DNA of 37,865 nt from Sphaeroforma arctica JP610. Lineage: Eukaryota. The translations under genes and the position numbers were made by a program. The notes below the pieces were generated by a model. That model was not told the DNA's origin. It ran no database searches and worked only from the letters and a program-made list of their open reading frames with translations. The first letter of the stretch is position 1; every line of letters starts with the position of its first letter. Location of the stretch: contig NW_014040535.1 of the NCBI RefSeq assembly GCF_001186125.1, positions 158,588 to 196,452 of the forward strand. Reading direction: 5' to 3'. This document shows positions 1-14,945 of this stretch, in pieces.

Positions 1-123
1 TTATATATATATATATATCTATATATATATATATATGTATGTATATAGTATATATCTTATTATATTATTATATTATTGTATTATTATATTATTATATTAT
101 TATATTATTATTATATATATATA
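1..123. repeat. AT-rich microsatellite (TA)n/(TAT)n
   Basis: Direct reading of the sequence. Confidence 0.95.
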
Positions 124-1401
124 GTATATCCTTATCTGCACTTGTACATGCGAATACGGAATTATAATAAAAAAAATTATAGCGTTTGCGTGTGCGTGCA
201 ATACATTTTGTTCTGCATATATGTGTAAGTATGGATTAATATCTGTTATACATACACATGTTTAATACTGTATTTCTACAGAGATTTGAATTCTGTATGA
301 TTTTATGCCATTTCTTATTTCATATGCTGTTTGGCCGATATAATCCTGTGTTGAATGTGTTAATTTGAATCACATGCATATACTTACAATTTTGTCAGAT
401 GATTATTGGGTTTTGGTATTAATTTACATATACAAGGTGAAAAAGATTCTTGTCTCGGCGATACCAAGCAGATTCCCCACTAAAAATTCATTATCAATCA
501 ACGCTGATACATGATCGAGAACAGTCAGTCAGCTCGCAAAGATCAGGATTACGATCACAGTATGATCACAAACACCTATCACTCGATAAGCTCAGACTCA
601 GCCTGAATCCTCAGAGTGTGGTGGTAATGAGCGCAATTGAGCTAACATTTATAGTCTCTCTGATGGTCGTCCAGATGCAAACTTACCAGACGATGATACC
701 TTCTACGCGAGCTTTTCCGCCTCCGCGTCCATCGTGCGGAAACCCACTCCGCCCAGGCAGCAGTATGAGAATAAGTTGATTGACTACTCACTGACAGAAT
801 TTATTCGAGGTAAGTACTTGTAGGTGTAGGATGTTGCATTAATGCAAGCAATAGACACGAGATGGTGAATCACAGTACGGTACCATGTGCTTGCCGTATG
901 CACGCTTAGTGGTGGGAAGTTAGAAAACAACAGTTGTCTGACTTACCATTGAGGGTTCGTATAATGTAGTGCCGAATTAGGGGGTGATTTGTACCACTGT
1001 GAACGTGTTGGGCAGATTGGCCGCATCCATGTGTGCATGCTAGATCCGGTCAGTTCTAGAGATACTAGCAGTATTAGCACATGTTTATAATTAGGATTGC
1101 ATGGGAGCACTTCTATTTTTAGCACGCGTTAACCTCAACAATCGCACGAAAACACTCGTCCTCTAGAATTTGCGATGGGTACACGTATGGCTCCCTGCTA
1201 CCACGCGAACATCAGCGGCTGTTTGAGAGGTTCATACTAGTATATACCAATATGGGCTCATATACGTGCGCTTGTTGTGTGCTCAGCACTTCGTCGATAA
1301 TACTTCGCCTGCGTGTAGCCTTGTGTGATGCCGCGGGTGTATTCATAGTCTGAAGCGGATGTGAGCCGCCATCCGTGTGGCCACACATGTACATCGCGCA
1401 G

Positions 1402-4400
1402 CAAAATCAATTCATTCGCATGTCAGCTTATTCGCACGACAAACCTTCTCATGCATATGCCTCGCCCGCACACAGCAACGAGCGAAGAGACCGTGGGAGA
1501 GGAGGACCTGATTGGAGCGTAAGTGTCGCGTTTTTATAGTCGTGAAGTGCTTTTCACCTATAACCCCGTTGTTATGTTATAGGCACGTGTATCGTGACTG
1601 TCTATGGAATCTTGCTATCGTACACTGAATTGAAATATATGTTTCTGCGCTTGTCTATGAAATCTTGGTATCGTACACTGAATTAATGCTTGTTTCTGCG
1701 CATGCGCAACTACATCTCGACGTCTGACAACTGCACACGCCGTTATCAAAGTGCTGCTGCAAGTAAACCCCATAGCTTTAAAACCCTAAAACCCTACATT
1801 CGGACATACCAAGTACATCATATCACAGATATAAACGCGTAACGCAGTTAGTTCACATTGAGTGCACCTGGCATTCACTGTCAATCATCTAGAACCAGCA
1901 CCGAAGATCTATCGCGCTAGAGTATGACACCAGGGCGGCTTCAGTGATGCTAAATAAATTCCGTTCACGTTCTTGGCAGCTATATTTCTATGTTGCACGT
2001 TTCTAGCCAGCGTTCATCAGTGTGCCTTTTGCCTGCAAAGACACTACGATTTTGCGTGACACTAGGTTGGCGTTACTACAAATAGCTGAAATTGTCAACA
2101 GCTCTATTTTCCCTTCCAATCTGCCCGTCGAAATAGTCCGATTGCCCAAAATCATAAGTTGGAGTACTTTTCCATCAGCGGTTTTGCAATCGCATAGGTC
2201 AACTATGCAGAGTATATTACTCATAGTACTCCAACTGCAACAGGCCCGATAGCACTTCGTAAATTAAATTGAAAAATATTTTTGCTTTTTTGTTTTTTTT
2301 GAGGTTTTGTACCAACTCTGCCCCTCTCCTTGTTGTGTGGGAATTTCAACGGCTTTTGCATCGATCCTCATAGACAGGAATATTAAGTATCAATCGCGTA
2401 CCACCTGCAACTGTTCGTGAGTGTGGTAGCGGGGTTGTCATCAAACGCTCGTAGAGTCGTTGAGTCGATCTTGCTATTCTCATATCCGAAATTCGGTGGC
2501 TTGTAGGTTGTCAATACTTGTATGACGTTCCTTCTCTCGTGGGGAAGTGTCGAGTGTATCCCAAGTACCCGAATTAAGGACTCGGAATGTATTCACACCA
2601 ATCCGACAGGGTGGAGCAACAGATAGCTAGGAGGTATAGCGATGCGAACTTCCCGCGGACGGGCTCGAAACTCAGTATTGCCGGCGAGTTACAGCCAACG
2701 ATCAAGGAACAAGCAGTAGACGAGACGCAATTCAGGAACACACCGATGGTGGATATAATAGCGGCATTAAAAGCAGGTGAGGCCGTGTGGGGCTAGACCA
2801 GACGGCAACCGCAAGTACTATTGTGGATAGTGCAGTACACGACGTAGTAGGGTACGGTTCGATATCGGCAGACCTATTGTGTGAAGGGTGTGCGTGAGTG
2901 TGTGCGTGCGATCTAAGCTCGTTTTTGTTGTCGCAAGCTACGAATAGGTTGACTCGAGTGAATTGGTTCAATACCGTCAACCGGTGCATAGCAGACGATA
3001 GAACGACAGTGAATTACACTGTTAGTCAATGTCCATCTGTACTTTCTGCTGGTTTGTTGTTCGACTCTCAGTCGTGATAAATCTACTCTATACATACAGG
3101 TGTCAACATACGCGACAGGAAAAAGAAGTTCCGAACTTACAGGAGCTGTTTCTCCGGCGTCAACGCAGTAAATACTATGATGGACCTGAAGTTTGCTAGA
3201 GATAAAGAAGTATGTGATGTCCGCCTATTTCCGGATCTCTTTATTCATTTCCTCAAGATCAGCTGACATGCACATAGGAGGGTATCTATTAAATATGTAC
3301 ATGCTCTGCCCAGATACAATCTGAATGTACGCATGCACAATGTCACAGCTACAAATCAGTGTGATTCTGAGTTGGGGCTACAATTTGTACTTATTGCATA
3401 CTTATTAAGACTTAGACTATGACAATCATCTACTAAAAATATCTTAGTAGAACGAGATACTAGGTTTTATTGACGCATTTTGCGAGTATGTACATGATAC
3501 AATGTGAATTCTTGCATGCACTCCTAATGACATGCGATAGACATGTGATATAGGCAGATCTGATTCCGCACTGACTTAGTATGAAAAACCTCTTTCGCAC
3601 AGTAGCTTCGTATACTAAACAAATAGCCCACTTGGTCTGTAACAACTCATATAGAGGTGAATAAATGTGAGATGTGTAATTGCACGCGCTATAACCACAT
3701 AGTCTAGGCATATACTTCACATACCTCACACGGGCGCCCTCCAACATTAGTGTGTATTATAAGAGCGAATGATACATAGCACAATACGGTGCGTACTTCC
3801 CTACGTGTGGCATGCACGTGCATCCATGCATTCCAAGGTCCTACCTACTATGTTGTTCCGCTTCTCGCAAAAGTATATGAAGAACCGAAGATTGTCGGCG
3901 TATGTTGTGTTACATCTAAGATCGCTGCTATAAAATCACCATGTAGTCATGCTATATTTCGGATGAGACGAACCTGTATGCCTCATCTGAGGCTGGTTTC
4001 CTTAGGATTTGCGATAGCAGCTCCTTACGGCTCAAATAGGACTCGAAGTGTAGACCTGAGTGATAGTTTGACAGTTACCCTCGAACCAAACACTCCTCGA
4101 TAGTCGATAACGCTGAAGATGTTTTGCGTTCACTCATTCTATGCAGGAGGCCGTGGTGCTGGGCAATCTGCTGATGAAAATGAATTATATCCGACACGTT
4201 ACCGGGAATCGTCTGTTTAAGAATAGCAACGATGTTTACTTTCAATTTGTGAGTCGCCTTTATAGGGCAACGTCAGCTGGGTATGTGAAATACTCTTTCT
4301 TCTGTGTGCGATTTGCCAAACACCTCCCATTTTAAAACAAAGACCAGACGTTAGAATGCTTGGCTTGAAGTGTTTGTCGTGTTTATAAAGTAGATTAGGA

Positions 4401-5012
4401 TACCTCGTTGGCGACGCAGGCGATTTTCGACATGTAAAGTTGAGAATTGTTTTGTAAACCTAATCGTCTATTTATATACTTACTTCATCATTCCGAATGA
4501 GTGTCGTCTTAGTGAATTAATACATACCACAATCTCAACAGTTCAGTTCAATTATGCTCATAACTCACTGATTGCCAGTTTAGTGCTGCGGCAATACGCT
4601 CACTCGTTTTTGATCTTCTTAAAGACTACCCTGAACCTGCACCTGTTTTGATCGATTGCCTTCTCTGATTTTGCGCGGACACTCTGGCTACTCAACACTC
4701 CAGATTTGGCGATTTAGATATGACCGAGTGTCAATTACAAATGGGAGACTTTGATCTGTCGACAATTGATGAGGCAATGCAAATGGTCATAAACGGTGTG
4801 CAAGGCATCAGTCTCGAATGGTTTCGGGCGAGATATGCGCCGTACTACATCGGCATAACTGGCTCAGAGCGCATGCTGGAGCAAGGTACGTCTGTTCTGT
4901 ATTCTGCTTGCACGGGTGGTGAGATGCCGTTCAAGCGAGCGAATGACCATGTACATCATTCTTCGTGATGGTCGGAAATAGCTTGTGAACCATATATATA
5001 TATATATATATC

Positions 5013-5044
<32 letters not shown>

Positions 5045-5353
5045 TATATATATATATAGTGTGTGTGTGTGTGTGTGTGTNNNNNNNNNNNNNNNNNNNN
5101 TAGTACTATATATATATATAATATATATATATATATATAGTATATATATATATATATATATATCTATATCTATATATATATCTATATATACATATATATA
5201 TATATACATACATATATATATATATATATATGCACATATTTATGTATATATATAAATATATGTATATATATGTATATGTATATGTATATATGTATATATA
5301 TAGAGAGATATATATATATATATATAAATATATATGCATATATATATATATAT

Positions 5354-5387
<34 letters not shown>

Positions 5388-7170
5388 ATATAAATATATA
5401 TATATATAGATATATATATAGATACAGATTGTGTGTATGTGTGTATGTGTGTTGTGTGTGCGCGTGTGTTGTGTGTGTCTGTGTGTATGTGTGTATGTGT
5501 GTTGTGTGTTGTGTGTTGTGTGTGCGCGTGTGTTGTGTGTGTCTGTGTGTCTGTGTAACTATCTGTGTGTCTGTGCGTTTGTTCGTTTGTGTGTGCATGT
5601 ATATAGTTTTCTATCCGAAGATGCTCTGTGTGCTCTGACAACCTGCACAAATACGCGATTGCGAAGACATATCTTCTTCTGCATGTGTACGTGTGCCTCG
5701 TGTTTACTATGCTATTCGTGGATGCTAATTCGTGAGATGAGATTAGGATTCTGCATGAGGATGAAGCGAGCCTGGGAATCGACACCTAACGAATGAAGGC
5801 ATGAGTCGACATTGATTTAAAGCGCTTCACACATATTTGAGCTCATCTTTATTTGACATGAACTCGTCGTCCACACAGTTGCTTCGCCCTGTGGGCATAT
5901 TCGTACAGTGCACGTACATCAGGTAGCCACATTTATCGGCGTTTACGCCAACATGTACCTCATTAATAGAGAACTGTCGGTTTAATCTCTCTGATCGCAT
6001 GCAGGCTACGCGTTGGACGAGGCGGAGGCTCAGGCTGTTGGAGAGAAAGCGTTTCAGAATGTGCTAAGCAATCTGACACGATTTCCACGTTTAAAGTATG
6101 TGAAGGCGATGCGTTATGGTGTTTCTAGTCGATACGCTGCTATCTGAAAAATGTTGGTTCTCATGAATCTTGGTAACTTAACCGATGTGTACATATGAGC
6201 ATGTGATTGAATTGTGTGGACTGTGAAACACGTTCACCGGTACACTACTGTGCGTTCTCGTCTGTGCGCGTGTGCAGACGTACTCTCGCTACGTCACTTG
6301 GTCGAACTCGGAATTATAATTTTCTGTGGTTCTAGTAACCCTTAGTAGAACCATTTTGGATCTGACAAGTCTATTACAATACCCTGCAAAGCACACAGAA
6401 GAATACGTTCTGGCACTTTATATCGTACGCTACAAGTGAGACAATTGCTCAATATTAAATATATAGGAAAATGATCATATCATACACGTATTCATGCACA
6501 CGCTCGCAATCGCGCTGATTGTGTTGGGTTGGACAGTTCTGAAAGATACGCTGCTTGTATGAATAATCACTACGCTTTATCTCGTATTGGTGTTTCACAT
6601 GACAACCCCGTGTAGAGTATCTGCACAATTATCTTAAACATCCGCCCCCTAATAAACGTTGCAGAGGAACTGTCTCAGACAAGCCGCGAGTAAAAATCAG
6701 TCGCGAATGGGTTGATTCGCTGGAAGAGTGTGGGACTATGGCGAAGCGCGTCGTGAAGGTCAAGGAGAAAATAAAGGTGTGTAGAGTGAAATGAGCACTT
6801 CCGCGTGAGAGGGACCTTTTGCTCATGTAGGCCCACTCACAACCACTAAAATTTAATCATCGCAGGGGGTTGAAGGCGTACTAGGCTTATTTTGTTTTGT
6901 GTTTTTATCCAATGTGCTTGAACGAATATTTCATAATTTACTCTCGGTCTGTTCACGACCATTTCATTTTAGCAAGAGTCGTGTTTAGTACTCCTGACAT
7001 AGAGTGGTATGTCGGATCCGAAACTGATTTGTGATCACATTATCATCCTTGATTAAAACAGAATCGAAAGATGCGCAGGGCGTTGAACAATGAGGCGGTC
7101 TTGCGGGCGAATCGACACTTCTACACGCATTACCATTGAGTACTAAATATTTCTTTAGCAATATCTGTAT
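1402..7170 (+). pseudogene. Multi-exon DEP-domain protein gene, probably decaying; ends uncertain
   Basis: AG/GT-bounded, phase-compatible exons 1402-1518, 2610-2776, 3100-3209, 4147-4248, 4399-4433 and 4704-4885 splice into ...IIAALKA-GVNIRDRKKKFRTYRSCFSGVNAVNTMMDLKFARDKE-EAVVLGNLLMKMNYIRHVTGNRLFKNSNDVYFQF..., which matches the DEP consensus (IRDR..rtY..CFsG....reEAv.lG..Ll....I.HV....F.d....Y.F). Further compatible exons lie at 6005-6095 (GYALDEAEAQAVGEKAF, a second DEP-like helix) and 6665-6776. Candidate exons near 5750-5800 and 6975-7170 contain in-frame stops. Confidence 0.75.
4992..5596. repeat. Compound microsatellite (TA)n/(TATG)n/(GT)n containing a 20-N gap at 5081-5100; intronic
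   Basis: Direct reading; it produces the YI- and CV-repeat ORFs in the track. Confidence 0.95.
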
Positions 7171-8946
7171 ATCGTACATATGCCGATTGAACGCAGCGAA
7201 ACATATCTACAATGGCCAAAAAATGTACTGGCCGCCATATATAGTCTCGATTTGCCGAGCTATGTGATAATATCACGGGCTTGCTCTACCGGTAGCAGCT
7301 ATCCCGTGAAGTTACCCTGGACCTATTCTGTTGGATAGTTTGCGATCGTCATTGAAAGTATTTCACCAGGGTTGCCGGTAAATCACTGTTCAAGCTCGGT
7401 TGACGCCGATTTGAAATTTAAGCACACTCAAAGCACTACATATTTTGTAGATCTATTATCAGTCAAGCGCTGTAGAGTGCTCATGGTACTACACACGCGG
7501 ATATAGGCCAATTCACAAGCACGACATGAGCCAAACATCATCTACGCGTAGGACTCGGCTTAATACTTGAACTAGTGGGCATTGCCACTGGGTAAATATC
7601 ACGAACCAGATCGAATGATTAGTACCATAGTGAAGGTAATAAACGCTCTCAAGAGGCCAAATCTAGTCAAGCGACTTGTTGTCAGCAGTATCAAAGTTTA
7701 ATTGTATCTTCACACGTTACAATTTATGTTGCACGCGAACATTTAGCAGTTGCTGGAATTACATGAGAATGGTTTCAAGTCATTTTTTACGCCTTAGTTT
7801 AATAGAACGAAAGATCAGAAGTAGTGGCGGCTGTAACGCACTGTCCCGATAATTTGGCAATACGAAGCGAACAAAAATGGAGGAAACCCGCCCCAGATCA
7901 GCACGAACGTTATATATTTATTTAGCACAAATTTGATAATAAATTTGGGCGATATTCCCTGCCAGCGCAATGAGGAAACAGGTACGCAATTGTCGGTACC
8001 TTTTGGGACCAATAAACTCGCGACTAAGGTGGTAGGCGCTTGCTTGGGCGCCGGTTTTCAAATGTAAGTTGGCTTATAGCTAAGTGCACGAGGACCTCGT
8101 GCCAAGGTTCATGAATGTTGAAGTACGTGGAAAATACTATAAATTCTCGATATATCCGAGGCTGATCCAGGGGGGTTAAGAAAATAGGATAGACTCGTTA
8201 CTTGCTGAGTGCAATGTAGTGAACGCGAACATTGGACCGAGTGGTCTCAGTACTCTCCGCGTGTACTTGTCTGGTAAAACTGGAATATCTCAGTGTTTTT
8301 ACGTTGCGGCCGTTGTACTTTTTTTTATTCTTCTTCAGCATGCTGTCATTATTTCATTCATATATGTATATGTCCTCTACAGTTAGAGTTAAACGGGTTT
8401 GGTTCGGTACGCCTATTGTACAGTACTGTCTACTGTGCGAAAGAATAAATAAAGAAACCTGTGATGTTTAAAAATTATCCAGGAAATGTCCACCTATGGG
8501 TTGGTATCCGCTCAAAATATTTATTGCATGACAGGTTTTCCATTTATTTAAGTACTATCGGTGTCAAAATCAACTGCAAAATATAAGTAAAGGCTCCACT
8601 TGACATACCTTCTCTAAACAAGTTTAGTTATTGTTCCCCGAAGCACCCTTCCGTGTGTGCAGTATAATTGTTTGTCTTCCTTGATATTGTTTTATAGTTG
8701 CATATGTGTGTGTTACATGTGCAAGAGGAAGCTATATACGTAATGATGACGGGCAATGTATCATCGATGTTCAGTTTTTGCTAGGTGGGGTTCACCAAAG
8801 GATATATTCCCTAAAAACTTCCAAATTTATAGCGTTGTATATCTACGTAGCTCTTAAATTTAGCGTCTCTTACGCCTAATAAGTCGGAAAGAAAACTTGG
8901 CTGATGCTTCGAGACGTAAAGTTACTTATATCAACGAGAAAAAAAA

Positions 8947-9266
8947 TTGACACCTTTAAGGCAGATTTTATTCGTGTCTGATAAAACTAGAATGTCCCTG
9001 TGCCTTTCACTGCTTTCGCTGACATGTGAGTGGACTTTAAAAGAATTGTGTCATTCATGGGATCATATAGGAGATACACCTAAAATCAATATAGGAGATG
9101 TACTATTTTTGACACCTTCATGGCAGATTTTATTCGCGTCTGATAAACAAAAATATCCCTGTACTTTTCACTGCTTTCGCTGATATGTGAATGGACTTTT
9201 AAAAAATTGTGTCGTTCATGGGATCATATAGGAGATGCACTTAAAACCAATATAGGAGATGCACTA
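8947..9266. repeat. Two diverged tandem copies of a ~160-bp unit
   Basis: ttgacacctt..ggcagattttattcg.gtctgataaa...catgggatcatataggagat...aatataggagatg.acta starts at ~8947 and again at ~9109. Confidence 0.85.
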
Positions 9267-10238
9267 CAGATATAGGTAGATACGGTTGTGAGCTGATTAG
9301 TGGTACGTTTATTGAACTGCCTATTGTGTGCAAATGAGATACTTGAACAGCTTGTCAATGTCAATAATGATCCGTCAGACTGGAATACCTGGACCGCCCT
9401 TCGCAACACTTGGAATACTTCCTCGATTTAGTATCTGTCTGTGAGCTTGTCATGTGATTGTCGGTCTAAAATCTATTACGGAGCATACTAAGGATTGCCA
9501 TTATTTGACACCCATTGTCCATCAATTTTAAATAAGAGGCTATATACGATACGAGATATATTCGCTCCCTGTGTGCACTTCCATCATCTGTCATCATTAT
9601 TATCTATATTCGTATGTGTGTATATTTGTGTGTAAAAGTAATATTTAGATGTATACATGATGCCGGGCCGTGTGTGTGCATTTCTATGTAGTTGTAGGGA
9701 GTCCAACTTGTTATTAGAAGGTATAAATGTATTTGGGATAGGTCATATTTGTAGTAAATAGATGTTATTTATTAAGTTGTGACCTTTGCATTTGTATACA
9801 TCAGAGACCTGATACTCACACTTGAGCTGTTAAAAAAACACGTACATGTCCAATCCGAGCTTGGCACCGTCACACATTCAACCGAACGTGGCGGTAGTGC
9901 AAATAAATTGCCAATCTCGTTTTAAAGTATGCTGTACCCAAAATATGCTTCCTTTTTGGCAGGCTCGTGTGATTCCTAGTCTTATTCCTAAATCAAATTT
10001 TTTTTCTGCATACAACATCCATTTCCTTCTCTCGTCAGGTTGCTGTTAACCGACGATACCCAGGAATACAACATAGTAAATACCCTATAGGTTTAATTAG
10101 GTTAACAAAACGACTCTTATAATTGTGTATCTACTTTTGCGTCAAAATACATTTAGCCTCTTAATTGACTGAACTAGGTCAAATTTAGTCAGAGGTTTCA
10201 ATGTTGAAGCTTCATGAATGCGCGATTATTGTAAGCGT

Positions 10239-11096
10239 GCGACACTTTTTTTATTGTGCTTGAATTTCATTTCTCTGTAGTGCAATCGTATCCTTTAATT
10301 GTCTGAACTAGATTAAAATCCGTGATTTTCAAAAACGGACGACACCCCTAGTTTTGCTTAAAATGTCTTTCAACTGTAGTGTAAGTTTGTCCTCTGTCAA
10401 CAGTGCGTAACACATACCACGGAGTTTATTATAACGACAGATATTAGTTAATCTACTGTTCTTCGTTACTCCGGAAATCGCCATCTAGGAATTCTGTATT
10501 CATCGCCGTGAACTAACACACCGTATGTTTTCCATCATTGCATCACTCGCCCCGAGCTTCTCGCGGCAGTTCGATAATCTCAACTGCCCTTGAATTTTCC
10601 CAGAACCTCCTACGAATATGAAGACTGATGTACATGTAGATATGTAAAACTTTATCCAAATTGAAATAAATAATATTATCCCTATTTATACAAGTCTCTA
10701 TTCCGAGTTTGCTTAAAAGGCCGCTCTCAAACATGGCAACTTGGTGGTCATATTTCTACATGGATTGAGTGCTGGGCTTCCTTGGCCCAAATTTATTTTT
10801 GTCCTCGAAGCGTCGTTATACTTTAAACAGATAAGTCGTTATTATTACAAGCGTGCGTCATTTTATTTTTTTACTTTGCTCGATTATTACTTTACTTAAC
10901 CAAATGAGACTTGGCCAGAAGCTTTTAAAACGTTTGTGACACACTTTTGCTGTGCTTGAATAACTTTAAACTGTAGTGTAAGTTTATCTTTTGTCAACAG
11001 ATCCCACGAAGTTTATTATAACGACAGATATTATCTGTCTACTGATCTTCGTTACTATCGGGGATCAGCATTCTATTTATATAAGTCTCTATTCCA
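10239..11096. repeat. Degenerate direct duplication with internal deletions
   Basis: Colinear shared blocks: tgtgcttgaat (~10255/~10951); aactgtagtgtaagttt...gtttattataacgacagatatta...tcttcgttact (~10372/~10969); ctatttata.aagtctctattcc (~10682/~11073). Confidence 0.7.
10492..10687 (-). repeat. Dispersed repeat, inverted homolog of 37039-37224
   Basis: The reverse complement aligns by eye. Translations: NRDNIIYFNLDKVLHIYMYISLHIR versus NRDNIIYFNLGKFLYVYMHIRLHIR. Confidence 0.85.
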
Positions 11097-14000
11097 AGTT
11101 TGAATGAATACATCAACACGATACAAAATAACCGGAAGATTAGTGCATTTGATATCTCGTCCTTTTCGCTCCATAAAAGAACCCAGTCCATGTATTGTAT
11201 TCTGACGTACATGGTCGATGTAAAGATAGATTATGAGCATAAAATATAAAGTAAAACTACAAATCGCCACCTGGCGTCTGTCCTATATCAAGATCCCGCA
11301 ATGGTATAAAAAGTGGGCCGGGAAAGGTTAACGACAACTCCCTACATCACCACTTGTAGTTGTGATACCAGATCAAGAAGAGCCCTGTTTGTGGACCATT
11401 TATATTTTATTTTTTAGGTGTGATTAAGATTTTGATATCTGCACATCCGTAAGTAGCGATATCGTCTAAATGACTTCTTTCATTGACAGTGTGCTTACTC
11501 TTCACCACGCTCAGCTGCCAACAATCGACACTTATATTCAATATCTTGCCGCGAAAAATTAAACACACATAGTCCTGATGCATCGCTGGGCTCATCGGTA
11601 CATCAGTTGGCGTGAGAGCTACGAACTCCAATATCTTTTTGTCTTTTTGGACATTTTTGAGAAATCACAATCTGGAACTACATCACAAGCCAATATGACT
11701 ACAACGTATGCCAGTTGAAAGTATCGAGAACTTTTCTACGGACAATTGCCTAGTTATCACAATTATCTATTACACACACTTTCACTCTCTGCTTCCTCGC
11801 CGCAAGTAGTGTTGTTTATTTGCATCTACGAACTCCAAGATCTTTTTGTCATTTTGGTCATTTTGAGAAATTACAATCTCTTACAAACACTTTTTCTTCT
11901 CTGCTTTCTCGTCGCAAGTAGTGCTGTTTGTTTGCTGGCAAATTCAACAATGAGGGGAGAGAAAAAAACCATGAACACCGTTTCGCCTTTATAAACATTA
12001 TTAATGCTTACTTCTTTCCTTCCAACGAGCAGGGGACATTTGAATTCCTTGATCTAGTTCATTTGCGTACTTCAGTACAGCAACCTTGATGATATAAAAA
12101 GGCTAGACACAGTGCATTAAAAATCTTACTCATTTGTATACTGTAGCATATCAGTTTTCATGATAACATGATGAGCCTTGACACAGTGCCTCATAAACTA
12201 TGCACAGTGAGTTTTGGCCTTCATCCCCCACGTTTATATGACTTGCATAGATATAGAGCTAAGCTCAACTCACAGGGTGTCAATTAATTTAGTGTTATGT
12301 TTCTAGGACCCCTGTTTGCTATTGAGTTTGATCAACTGATACTGATCTCTGACAGGTGTATACTTTATAGCGTAAACATCAATTCTAATTGGTAAGCCAC
12401 ACGGATTATGCTCATTGAACTATCATTTCGCTACTTGTGTACAAGTCACGGACCGAGAGTAGTGGCCACCGAGTATGATCCGTGCAACAACGTGCAGTGT
12501 AGGTTTGAGGAGAGCCATTGCGAACATGATACTTCTAAAACCCAATGGACATTTTTGTTGAGAATCACAGTGCTTCTTGATTTAGTCTGCATCTATATTT
12601 AGAGTGTTGCAAGCGGAATTTGCATTGCTAATGATGAGCGGACATGATATTATTTTTATACGGAGTTGGGAGTACTTTGGAAGCTGGAGGTCTGGACAAA
12701 GCATTTATGAACCTAATATGCTCGATCTAAAGTGACATAATTTCCAACACGCACCTTTCATTGACCGTGAGAGCTGGCTTCCCAGAGGAATGCCATTTTA
12801 ACACATGCGTATGAATGCGTGCAAGCAAGTAGGTTTATCGCTAAGAAAACGGTGTATCTCTTTAAACCTCATCATTCATAATGGTCTAAGTTTCCGGCAA
12901 ACCCTGTTTTATTCGTTGGCTTGATGAAGCATGATTTATGCTTCAGTGTTATGTATCACTGACCAGTTCAACCGATCGAGTATCCAGACACATTCTGTTT
13001 TGGTTGCATTGTGTTGCGCATTCCGACTTTTTTATGTGCAGTATCTCATCATGCCAGACTCCCTAATACGATTTTCTGATACGATACGCAAGCACATCCA
13101 CACCAGTACTGGCTTCGGAGGTCTATCAGGCATATTTTTACGCATCTTCTGTCAGGTGTACTGAGTATGAACGCGTCTTGTTCCAGGTTCGCGATAGGGT
13201 TTTAGGTGATTCACAATATAGAGTTCCGGTGGGAGTCAATGAAGATCGCGCCATGTAAAGCGATTTGATGTCGTCGTGGCGTCCCAGAAAAAAATTGATT
13301 GGTTTAGATTACATACAAGCGTATTGAAAACGGTGTGTGGACCATTCAACCCGAGGTGCTAATGTGGCATCGGAGCCGAGATAGAAGAGGTCTTAATGCT
13401 TCGCTTGATTATTTTTGGTACAATTCAATGATGAATCCACACGAGAACTTACAAAATTGGTGCTCAAGTTTTAAAAATAGCGAATCACCCTCTCAGTTGT
13501 GTAAAATACGCACGCGCCACGACAACTTGAGCGACTACGGGATATGACCAACAATATGGTGAATCAATAAAAGCAGTGTCAAATTTGAGTTTACCCTTAT
13601 TTTGGTGATATCAATTAAAGGCCTGGTGGAAGATCATGAAATATTTTACCTTGTTATTAGCCCATTCCTGGGTCTTGCTTTGCCTTTACAGGGTAGTAGT
13701 AAACCCGTCATAGTAAGATTCAAAACCGCATAATTAATATATAAAAAAGGGGTTGTGGCGCAGGTCGGGGCATCAAATATATTGTGCACACATTCGTTCT
13801 CCAACGGCGAATTCGTCTGTTTGTGTTAAACCTAGAGAGACTGGCATTTTTTCACGCCAATCTCCTATTCAAAGGCGATAGGAAATGCTTTTAGACCGTA
13901 TTGCGCTGAACCTCATCAGCTTTCAGGGCTGAATTTGACTGCGCAAGGAAATTATAGTAGCACTCGAAAGCCATAATGGTAATTTAAGGATTCACCCTAA

Positions 14001-14945
14001 ATCGTAACCGTTGTCGACTTCAAATGAATATAAGACTTCTTTGACCAATTTTGCCTGGTTGTTCGCGCGTACCCAAAAATGGTATGGATATTTATTCTTG
14101 CGCCACCTACCGGTATCGTCTTTCATCATATGGAAACCGATGTGTCGTCAGCTGCCGTGGTGGTGCGTTTTAGCATTGCAAACGAAAATTGACATTTAGT
14201 TGTAATGTTTGTACTTTTTGACTTCAACTTTATAAAATCTTACACCTTGCCAGCAAATATGGACTCTGTGTGAGTAAGCTATGAACCCGGCTGTGTAGCA
14301 CAGGCAGCAAGAGCGATGTAGACGTTTGTACGCTGGGTACGCCCAATGTACAGGAAATGTCTGTGTCCGACGAGCTATGGAAAATATCCTTACTGTACGC
14401 AGCGCATAGATGATTCAACTTTGGAATTTGTGAAGTAGGGTAAGGCCTTTACTGTCTATTTCCAGGTATGTCGCCGATGTGATCGCAATTGATAGTGAAA
14501 GTATAGTTGTTAGCGGCGTGATATCGAGATTAAATTTTATGACTATTTGGCTAGACCACCTTCTTATTTATACCCAATGTAGGCTACAGCCGGCTCTTTG
14601 GTACTTGTATTTCATATAGACAAACAGTCTATACATAGTGGTGTGACTTTTAGAGTAGTGCGAACAGTAATTTTGATTATTGTAATACACGATTGAGCAT
14701 GCTAAATATACGAAAAACGTCACTGAACTCGTACTCATTGCGGAATATTCGATCGCTATATACAGATATTCGATCTTCGGCAACTTTGATTCTATACCGT
14801 ACCCGCGATCCGTTTAAGGGAGAAAAAAAAATACTCCCGCTTCAACCAGGCTCTCTATTTGACTTTGCTTCTACCCGATTCTTGTAGTGAAAGCGAAGTA
14901 AATCCACTTGGACCAGGTATCTCAAATTGTTGAGTAGAGGTCATT

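Noticed and set aside
1599..1701. ~52-bp tandem duplication (similar small ones at 11619-11930)
   Set aside because: Ordinary short local duplications with no sign of function.
5012..5796. ORFs of YI/CV/HT repeats
   Set aside because: They are translations of microsatellites.
8947..9266. CRISPR-like array
   Set aside because: Only two long diverged units, no unique spacers, and a eukaryotic context.
12000..14420. Possible decayed minus-strand transposase (Cys-rich, KDZ-like) fragments
   Set aside because: It looks coding-like in places (e.g. CGFESYYDG), but I could not assemble a convincing motif set.
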